Positions 57,100 through 64,000 of a stretch of 64,000 nt of DNA are shown here, piece by piece. The stretch lies in the NCBI GenBank assembly GCA_946615975.1, contig CAMOID010000001.1, forward strand, positions 1,898 to 65,897, read 5' to 3'. Numbering within the stretch: the first letter of the stretch is position 1; the number at the start of each line of letters is the position of its first letter. This stretch comes from an uncultured Bacillales bacterium. GTDB taxonomy: Bacteria > Bacillota_I > Bacilli_A > RF39 > UBA660. The position numbers were made by a program, and so were the translations under genes. Below the pieces are notes generated by a model that made no database searches, had not been told where the DNA came from, and saw only the letters and a list, made by a program, of their open reading frames with translations.

Positions 57100-58245
57100 C
57101 TATTTATTAGTATCTTCTTCGTCTCTTGGTATTCTTATAACAAATTGATATTCATCATCAAAATTGAATTCTTCTGATGATACAACTAAATTACATTCCT
57201 TGCATGCATCCATGATTCTCTTAATACCTGCAATTACATCATCAGCTGTTTCATATTTTTCTTCTTGTACAACTTGTTTAACTACTGTTTTATCTTTTGA
57301 ATCATCTTCTAATGTTTCTTCTTCCTCTTCATTATCATCTAATTCAAGTAAATCATAGTCATCTCCAACTCCAACACCATTTACTGCTTGTGTTTGGAAT
57401 GGATTAAATCCAAATCCTAATGAGGAATCCATATTTGCTGATTCATCTTCTAATGAATTACCAAATAATGTATTCTTTTTAGGTTTATTTGATTCTTCTT
57501 TATTTCCTTGTGCTTGATATATAGGTATATCAGATTCATATGTAGGAGTAATATCTTGAGCTGTCTTTTCTAAGGCTTCTATATCTATATCACCTTTATC
57601 GATATTTATTCCACCTACTGCTGCTTTTTGATTATCATATACACCTAATATTTTATCTATTTCTTTTTCTAGATCTCTTACTTTAATTCTTTCTTGAATT
57701 ACTCTATTTAATAATTCAACTTGTTTTTTAGGGTCTTGAACTCTTAATAAAGATCTAGCATGTCTTTCAGATATTTGATTTTTCATTAAGGCATCTTGTA
57801 CTGCTTTATCTAATTGTAATAATCTTATTTTATTTGCAATATTAGATTGAGAAGTACCTAATCTTTGAGCAAGTTGTTCTTGAGTTAAATATTTTCTATC
57901 TAATAATTTTTTATAACTTTGTGCTTCTTCAATAGCAGACAATTCTCTTCTTTGAGTATTTTCAATTATAGCGACTTCTGCAGATTCATTATCATCTAAT
58001 TCAGTTATAATTGCTGGAACTTGCATCATTCCACACATTTGAGCTGCTTTAAATCTTCTTTCACCTGCAATTATTTCATATTTATCTGCGACTCTTCTAA
58101 GTACTAAAGGTTGGATTATACCATGTTGTTTGATGGAATTTGCTAAAGTATTTAAAGCTTCTTGATCAAATTCTAATCTTGGTTGAAATCTATTTGGAAT
58201 TATTTGATCTACTGGAATCATTCTTATTTGAGCTTCCATCTTCAT
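57100..58245 (-). CDS. parB: ParB/Noc-family nucleoid-binding protein with an extended acidic C-terminus; no adjacent parA
   Basis: ParB box 'GERRFKAA'-type ('IIAGERRFKAAQM'). An HTH region precedes the acidic C-terminal extension. Confidence 0.85.
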   Translation of the reverse strand: MKMEAQIRMIPVDQIIPNRFQPRLEFDQEALNTLANSIKQHGIIQPLVLRRVADKYEIIAGERRFKAAQMCGMMQVPAIITELDDNESAEVAIIENTQRRELSAIEEAQSYKKLLDRKYLTQEQLAQRLGTSQSNIANKIRLLQLDKAVQDALMKNQISERHARSLLRVQDPKKQVELLNRVIQERIKVRDLEKEIDKILGVYDNQKAAVGGINIDKGDIDIEALEKTAQDITPTYESDIPIYQAQGNKEESNKPKKNTLFGNSLEDESANMDSSLGFGFNPFQTQAVNGVGVGDDYDLLELDDNEEEEETLEDDSKDKTVVKQVVQEEKYETADDVIAGIKRIMDACKECNLVVSSEEFNFDDEYQFVIRIPRDEEDTNK

Positions 58246-58319
58246 GATAACCCTCTCCTATTCTATATATAATTATATATTTTTGTTTGTTTTTTTTCAA
58301 TATAAAAAGGAAACTAATA

Positions 58320-59021
58320 CTAGTTTCCTTTTTTTATCTTTCCATAGTTTCTTGGATATCCTTTTGGGTTTTTATCTAATTTATCTATAACTAAAATATT
58401 TCTTAAAGATTCTTCTTTAGGTAAATTAAATGTTATCTTATTAGATAATTTACCATTTAAAGTATTAATAATATTATTAGCTTCTTTTATTTCTTCATCT
58501 ACTGTAGCTTTTAAAGGTATAAATTTTCCACCTACTTTAACCATTGGTAAACATAATTCTGTTAATACTCTTAAGTTAGCTACTGCCCTAGAAGTTACAA
58601 CATCATATTCATCTATATGTTTATGTGCAAATTCCTCAGATCTTTCATTTATAATTGTTAAATTATCTAAATTTAATTTATTTTTTAAATTGGATAAGAA
58701 TGTAGTTTTTTTATTATTTGAATCTATTAAAGTAACATTTAAATGAGGAAATACTATTTTTAATACCATACCTGGAAAACCAGCTCCAGTTCCAACATCT
58801 ATTAAACTATTAACACTATTTAAATCTATTGCTTTAACTATTGTTAAAGAATCATAGAAATGTTTTAAATAAATATCTTCGTCTTCTGTAATGGTAGTTA
58901 AATTTGTATGTGAATTATATTCTTTTAAATATTCTTTATATATATTTAAATTTGATAATGTTTTATCGTCTAAAGATATATTTAACTCATTACATGCTTT
59001 AATAAATTCTTCTACATTCAT
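58320..59021 (-). CDS. rsmG: 16S rRNA (guanine527-N7)-methyltransferase RsmG
   Basis: 'LIDVGTGAGFPG' SAM motif. 233 aa. Conserved position downstream of mnmG. Confidence 0.9.
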   Translation of the reverse strand: MNVEEFIKACNELNISLDDKTLSNLNIYKEYLKEYNSHTNLTTITEDEDIYLKHFYDSLTIVKAIDLNSVNSLIDVGTGAGFPGMVLKIVFPHLNVTLIDSNNKKTTFLSNLKNKLNLDNLTIINERSEEFAHKHIDEYDVVTSRAVANLRVLTELCLPMVKVGGKFIPLKATVDEEIKEANNIINTLNGKLSNKITFNLPKEESLRNILVIDKLDKNPKGYPRNYGKIKKGN

Positions 59022-59022
59022 A

Positions 59023-60891
59023 TTATTTATCCTTTCCGTATTCTTTCTTTAAATATATAGATAATACAGATATATCTACTGGATTAACTCCACTTATACG
59101 TGATGCTTGTGCAAGTGTAAGTGGTCTAACATCCTTTAATTTTTGTTTTGCTTCTGAAGCAATATTTTTTACTTTGTCATAATCTATATCTTCAGGTATT
59201 TGTTTTTCTTCAAGTTTTAACATTTTTTCTACTTCTTTATTTGTTTTAGCTATATAGCCTTCATATTTAACTTGTATTTCAACTATACCATATACTTCAT
59301 TTGAATAATCATTTTCAATATATTCTTTTAATTGATCTATTTTTATTTCTGGTCTCTTTAATAAATTATATAATGATTCACCTTTAGTTAAATCTCCTAT
59401 AGATTCTTTAATAGAATCTGATTCATTTTTAACTGTTATTCTTATATTTTTTAATTCTTCAGTTAAATTATTAATATCATCTATTTTCTTTAATAATCTA
59501 TTATGTTGTTCTTCTGTTACAATACCAACTTGGTATCCATATTCACGAAGACGTAGATCAGCATTGTCATGTCTTAAAATTAATCTATATTCAGCTCTAG
59601 ATGTAAGCAATCTATATGGTTCTTTAGTACCTTTTGTTACTAAATCATCTAGCAATACACCAATGTAAGATTCATTTCTTTTAAGAATTAAAGGATCTTT
59701 TCCTCTGCATCTTAAACCAGCATTTATACCTGCAATTAAACCTTGTCCTGCAGCTTCTTCATATCCTGATGTACCATTTATTTGTCCAGCTGTATATAAA
59801 TTATGTATTATCTTATTTTCTTCTGATGGTAACATTTGTAATGGATTTATTGCATCATATTCAATTGCATATGCATATTTTAATATTTTTGCATTTTCTA
59901 ATCCTACTAATGAATGAACCATTTTTTCTTGTACATCTATTGGCATAGACGTTGAAAAACCTTGTAAATATAAATCTGGATAATAATTAGATTCAGGTTC
60001 TAGGAATAATTGATGTCTATCTTTATCTTTAAATCTTACTACTTTATCTTCAATAGATGGACAATATCTAGGTCCAATTCCTTCTGCATATCCACCATAC
60101 ATAGCTGATTTATCTAGATTATCCATGATAATCTTATGAGTATTTTCATTTGTATAAACTAAATAACATACTCTTTGTTTATTAACATCATATTGTGGTT
60201 CTAAATCAAATGAGAATGTCCAAGGAGTTTTATCTCCTTCTTCAACTGATAATTTTGAATAATCTACTGTATCTGGATCAATTCTTTGAGGTGTTCCTGT
60301 TTTTAATCTTATTATTTCTAATCCATGTTCTCTTAATTTATCTGATAAATGTTTAGATGATTCTTCTCCGTGAGGTCCTTCAAATTTATGTGTAGAACCT
60401 ACTAATATCTTTGATTTTAAATATGTACCTGTTGTTAATATTAAACAAGTACATTCATATTTAGTACCATCTGCAGTTATTACACCTTTAATTGTATTAT
60501 CTTCTACAATAATATCTTCAATCATTGCTTCAATAATATCTAGAGTTTTAATAGATCTAAGTTCTTTTAACATATTTTTAGGATATGTTACTTTATCACC
60601 TTGAGCTCTTAAAGATGCTACAGCAGGACCTTTACCTGAGTTTAACATCTTGATTTGTAGATGTGATATATCAGCAACTCTACCCATTAAACCACCTAAG
60701 GCATCTATTTCTCTTACTACTATACCTTTAGCTGTTCCACCTATTGATGGATTACATGGCATATCAGCTATATTATTTATATTTGATGTAATTAATGCTA
60801 CTTTTAAACCTTGTTTTGCAGAAGCATTTGCAGCTTCACATCCTGCATGTCCTCCACCTACTACAATAACATCATATTTCATGTTAATCAT
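59023..60891 (-). CDS. mnmG: tRNA uridine 5-carboxymethylaminomethyl modification enzyme MnmG
   Basis: 'YDVIVVGGGHAGCEA' FAD-binding N-terminus. 622 aa. The true start is probably ATG 60882 (the 'MKYDVIVVGGG' start). Confidence 0.95.
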   Translation of the reverse strand: MINMKYDVIVVGGGHAGCEAANASAKQGLKVALITSNINNIADMPCNPSIGGTAKGIVVREIDALGGLMGRVADISHLQIKMLNSGKGPAVASLRAQGDKVTYPKNMLKELRSIKTLDIIEAMIEDIIVEDNTIKGVITADGTKYECTCLILTTGTYLKSKILVGSTHKFEGPHGEESSKHLSDKLREHGLEIIRLKTGTPQRIDPDTVDYSKLSVEEGDKTPWTFSFDLEPQYDVNKQRVCYLVYTNENTHKIIMDNLDKSAMYGGYAEGIGPRYCPSIEDKVVRFKDKDRHQLFLEPESNYYPDLYLQGFSTSMPIDVQEKMVHSLVGLENAKILKYAYAIEYDAINPLQMLPSEENKIIHNLYTAGQINGTSGYEEAAGQGLIAGINAGLRCRGKDPLILKRNESYIGVLLDDLVTKGTKEPYRLLTSRAEYRLILRHDNADLRLREYGYQVGIVTEEQHNRLLKKIDDINNLTEELKNIRITVKNESDSIKESIGDLTKGESLYNLLKRPEIKIDQLKEYIENDYSNEVYGIVEIQVKYEGYIAKTNKEVEKMLKLEEKQIPEDIDYDKVKNIASEAKQKLKDVRPLTLAQASRISGVNPVDISVLSIYLKKEYGKDK

Positions 60892-60892
60892 C

Positions 60893-62248
60893 TTACTTTC
60901 CTACACAAAATTTTGAGAATATTTCATCTAATATATCTTCTTCATATGTTTCACCTATTATTTCACCTAATGCTACATATGAAATTCTTAAATCATCTGC
61001 AACTATTTCAAATGGAAGTGTTGCAGTTAAGTTATTTATTGATTCACTTACGACTTTTTCTGCTTTTTTAACTAATGCTAATTCTCTAGCATTAGAAATA
61101 TAATTAAAATCAGATGAATTGATTTGTTCTAAATTAAACATTTCTACAATTCTATTTTTTAATTCATCTAATCCATTTGCTTCTTTAGTATTACCTTTTA
61201 TTACAGGTAGTTCTTTTAATAAATCCATATTTATTTTAGAAGCTAAATCACATTTGTTAATAAATACTATTTTATTAACATTAGTATTTTTTATTAAATC
61301 TAATTCTTCTTTTGTTACTTCTTCTGAATTATTTAATACAAATATTACTAAATCTGAATTAGATATTATATCTAAACTCTTTTTAACACCTATAGATTCT
61401 ACTAAATCTTCAGTTTCACGTATACCAGCTGTATCAGTTAAATTTAATTTAATACCATTTAAACTTAATGTGCCTTCTACTATATCTCTAGTAGTACCAG
61501 CTATATCAGTTACAATAGCTTTATCTTCATCTAATAAATGGTTTAAAATTGAAGACTTACCAACATTTGGTTTACCTACTATAGAAACATTTATACCATC
61601 TTTAATAATAGATGCATTTTTATATGAATTAACTAATTTTGTTAATTTAGTTTTTATATTAATCATTGTATCTTTTAATTCTTGATAAGTTAATTCTTCT
61701 TCATCTTCTATTTCATCTGGATAATCAAATGCTACTTCTAATTTACCTTCTAATTCCATGATATCTTTTCTCATATCTTTAATTAGTTTAGATAAATTAC
61801 CATTTAATCTATTAATGGCAAATTTTCTTTGAGATTCAGTTTGAGATACAATTAAATCATTTATACCTTCTGCTTCTACTAAATCTATTCTTCCATTTAA
61901 GAATGCTTTTTTAGTAAATTCTCCTGGATCTGCTAATCTACATCCATTTTCTAATAATAATTCAAGTATTCTATTAGTAGTTGAAATACCTCCATGTGAG
62001 TTAATTTCAACAACATCTTCCATGGTAAAAGTTTTAGGGGCTTTCATGACTGAAACTAATACTTCATCTATTATTTCATCATGATCTACTATATGACCAT
62101 ATGTAATAGAGTGTGTTTCAACTTTAGTTAAATCTTTACCCTTAAAAATCTTATTTGTTATTTCAATTACTTCAGGACCTGATGCTCTTATAATTGAAAT
62201 TGCACCTACACCTAAAGCAGTTGATATTGCACATATATTTTCATTCAT
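60893..62248 (-). CDS. mnmE: tRNA modification GTPase MnmE
   Basis: G-domain 'GKPNVGKSS', 'DTAG', 'NKCD' and C-terminal 'CVGK'. Start moved to ATG 62248 (RBS GGAGGAAAGGGG). Confidence 0.95.
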   Translation of the reverse strand: MNENICAISTALGVGAISIIRASGPEVIEITNKIFKGKDLTKVETHSITYGHIVDHDEIIDEVLVSVMKAPKTFTMEDVVEINSHGGISTTNRILELLLENGCRLADPGEFTKKAFLNGRIDLVEAEGINDLIVSQTESQRKFAINRLNGNLSKLIKDMRKDIMELEGKLEVAFDYPDEIEDEEELTYQELKDTMINIKTKLTKLVNSYKNASIIKDGINVSIVGKPNVGKSSILNHLLDEDKAIVTDIAGTTRDIVEGTLSLNGIKLNLTDTAGIRETEDLVESIGVKKSLDIISNSDLVIFVLNNSEEVTKEELDLIKNTNVNKIVFINKCDLASKINMDLLKELPVIKGNTKEANGLDELKNRIVEMFNLEQINSSDFNYISNARELALVKKAEKVVSESINNLTATLPFEIVADDLRISYVALGEIIGETYEEDILDEIFSKFCVGK

Positions 62249-62325
62249 GGTAATACCCCTTTCCTCCGTGGTATTATAGCACATTTTATATATTTAGGAA
62301 AATAGAAATAAAAAAAGAACAATTT

Positions 62326-62937
62326 TTATTGTTCTTTTGGTTTAATAACTATATGTCTATGTGGTTCAACACCAGTAGATTCTGTATAAACATATTTATT
62401 ATCAGTTAAAGCATTATGAATAATTCTTCTTTCATATGAATTCATATCTTCAAGTTCAGCTTCAACTTTAGTATGTCCTACTTCTTTAGCTATATTTTTA
62501 GCTAATCTAATTAAATATTTTTCTTGTTTAGCTTTATAGTTTTCAACGTCTAATAATAAATATGGATATTCACCAACTTTATTATAAACAACTTGTTTAA
62601 TAACATGAGTTAAAGCTTTTAAAGTCTTTCCTTCATGTCCAATTAATATACTATTGTTATCTGAATACATTTTAATTGATATTTGTTTATCTCTTATAGA
62701 AGATTCAAATTGTACATCTAATCCCATATCTTTAGTAGTTTGAGCTAAGAATTCTTTTATGAATTCTGCAACGTCTTTTACTTCAAATAAATGTAATTTA
62801 ATTACTTCTTTCTTTAAAAGACCAGCTTTTTCTTTAGAAAAATAATACATTACATCATTTTCAGTTAAATTTAATTCTTCTAAAGCTTTTTCTAAAACCT
62901 CTTTTTGTTCTTTACCTTCATAAATACGTTCTTCCAT
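62326..62937 (-). CDS. jag: Jag/KhpB RNA-binding protein (KH + R3H domains)
   Basis: Conserved position between yidC and mnmE. C-terminal R3H-like region 'MNSYERRIIHNAL'. Confidence 0.85.
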   Translation of the reverse strand: MEERIYEGKEQKEVLEKALEELNLTENDVMYYFSKEKAGLLKKEVIKLHLFEVKDVAEFIKEFLAQTTKDMGLDVQFESSIRDKQISIKMYSDNNSILIGHEGKTLKALTHVIKQVVYNKVGEYPYLLLDVENYKAKQEKYLIRLAKNIAKEVGHTKVEAELEDMNSYERRIIHNALTDNKYVYTESTGVEPHRHIVIKPKEQ

Positions 62938-62938
62938 C

Positions 62939-63874
62939 TTACTTACCTGCTTTCTTCTTCATGATAAATGTTTGTACTACAGAGAATGCATTTGTAACAA
63001 TCCAATAGAATGCAATTGCTGATGGTAATTGAATTGATGCAATACCAATGAATACAACCATAAACATCATCATGTATTTTGTTTGTTTTTGTTGTTCAGA
63101 GTTACCACTCATTGAACTCATACTATTCTTAAATGTTAAGAAAGTAAATAATAATATTAATACAATTAGTACAATATACCAATAATTGCCGTTTTTAATT
63201 CCATATAAAGGTGTAGTACCTAATTGGAATATCCATAAATCATTTTCAAATATAGCTGGAACTCTATTAATTGCTTCCAAGAAAGCAAAGAATAAAGGCA
63301 TTTGAATAAATGTTATTAAACAACTACTTAATGGATTAATCTTATACTTTTGATATAATGCCATAGTTTCTTGTGATTTTTGCATCATTGATTCTTGATC
63401 TGTTCTTCCTGCATACTTATTTTCAATCTTTTGCATAGCAGGTTGTAGTTCTTTCATAGCTTCTTGTTGTTTTGATGTCTTAATAGTAAATGGTAATAAT
63501 ATTAATCTTATAATTAATCCCATTATCATTACTGATATACCATAGTTACCAACTAGTTGACCAATTCTAATAATTGCCCATGCTAATGGTCTAACAAAGA
63601 TTGCTACCCATAAACCATTATATGATTTTCCTTCATATATTTTCATTTCACTACATTTTGGTAAATCTTCAAGTTTAATTTCCATATATTTTTCATTAGC
63701 TAAATATTGATTATATAAACTTTCAGTTTCTGGTCTACAAATAATATTTGAAGTAAGAGCTTGTCCTGTAGTAGTATTTTCTATTCTCTTTTTATCTTCT
63801 CCTACCATTGTTTTAGTACATCCAGTCATTAATACCAAAATAAGTGCAATTACTACTATTAATTTCTTTTTCAT
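62939..63874 (-). CDS. yidC: membrane protein insertase YidC (lipoprotein type)
   Basis: 'MKKKLIVVIALILVLMTGCTK' lipobox and the polytopic YidC/Oxa1 core. Start moved to ATG 63874 (RBS GGTGAG); the ORF-track start at 63883 is a GTG. Confidence 0.85.
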   Translation of the reverse strand: MKKKLIVVIALILVLMTGCTKTMVGEDKKRIENTTTGQALTSNIICRPETESLYNQYLANEKYMEIKLEDLPKCSEMKIYEGKSYNGLWVAIFVRPLAWAIIRIGQLVGNYGISVMIMGLIIRLILLPFTIKTSKQQEAMKELQPAMQKIENKYAGRTDQESMMQKSQETMALYQKYKINPLSSCLITFIQMPLFFAFLEAINRVPAIFENDLWIFQLGTTPLYGIKNGNYWYIVLIVLILLFTFLTFKNSMSSMSGNSEQQKQTKYMMMFMVVFIGIASIQLPSAIAFYWIVTNAFSVVQTFIMKKKAGK

Positions 63875-63883
63875 GTAACTCAC

Positions 63884-64000
63884 CTATTCACTTAATGATT
63901 TAACAATATCTTTATTTAATTGTTCATATGAAGCATTAACCGCGCTTCCTTTCACTATTATAATATAATCTTTTCCTTTTTTAAATATATTTTTATTATT
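63884..64000 (-). CDS. rnpA: RNase P protein component, C-terminal 38 codons (5' end outside the window)
   Basis: The minus-strand frame ends '...DYIIIVKGSAVNASYEQLNKDIVKSLSE*' at TAG 63884-63886, abutting the yidC start. Order rnpA-yidC-jag is conserved. Confidence 0.55.
   Translation of the reverse strand, partial: NNKNIFKKGKDYIIIVKGSAVNASYEQLNKDIVKSLSE

Noticed and set aside
1-64000. CRISPR arrays, rRNA/tRNA genes, transposases, integrases, prophage remnants
   Set aside because: No regularly spaced direct repeats. No tRNA-like cloverleaf or rRNA-like conserved stretches. No DDE, tyrosine-recombinase or serine-recombinase motifs were seen in any frame.
63884-64000. oriC / DnaA-box cluster
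   Set aside because: The right edge is still inside rnpA. The rpmH-dnaA intergenic region, where DnaA boxes would be expected, lies beyond the window. No TTATCCACA clusters were seen within it.

Overview
The window is AT-rich (roughly 25-30% GC), low-GC Firmicutes-like chromosomal DNA. UGA is not used as a sense codon, and the cell-wall genes rule out a wall-less Mollicute; the gene set would fit Erysipelotrichia or a related lineage. It runs from a 5'-truncated ldh at the left edge to the origin-proximal block on the minus strand at the right edge: parB, rsmG, mnmG, mnmE, jag/khpB, yidC and a partial rnpA. The gene order implies that rpmH, dnaA and oriC lie just beyond position 64000. Coding density is high and nearly everything from about 2 kb to 41 kb, and again from 46 kb onward, is on the minus strand.

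Recognisable housekeeping genes: ldh, cdd, pyrBI, dxs, a prs-like gene, gpmI, recG, rpiB, rpmE, murA, prmC, prfA, rpoE (delta subunit), a CDP-alcohol phosphatidyltransferase, a YolD-like gene paired with a Y-family polymerase, and a LMW protein-tyrosine phosphatase.

Accessory-looking content:
- A BY-kinase module (Wzz, Walker-A kinase with a C-terminal YYGYYGYYGYYG cluster, PHP phosphatase) with no glycosyltransferase genes nearby.
- At least four single-pass N-in/C-out surface proteins that share a conserved N-terminal cytoplasmic leader (MNxNQN..., a P/Q/V-rich stretch, 'PVPEPTKK', then the TM).
- A membrane-anchored clostripain-family (C11) protease fused to an N-terminal zinc ribbon.
- A polysaccharide deacetylase next to a GNAT-like protein.
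- A three-gene cluster of large unannotatable proteins at 31.9-36.5 kb.
- A TetR + MMPL + YhgE/Pip-like block.
- Two orphan ligases (ATP-grasp and Mur-ligase-like).
- Small secreted proteins with a repeated Cys-x2-GY-x-L-x3-KCI motif.
- Two non-coding candidates: a roughly 100-nt plus-strand transcript at about 48.73 kb, with a consensus sigma-A promoter and an intrinsic terminator, lying between minus-strand genes; and a roughly 110-nt structured leader ending in a terminator hairpin directly upstream of a polytopic membrane protein gene at 45.35 kb.

I found no CRISPR array, rRNA, tRNA, transposase or integrase. Several ORF-track start codons are GTG/TTG artefacts and were moved to downstream ATGs with good RBSs. 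Most opposite-strand ORFs nested in genes are AT-rich artefacts.
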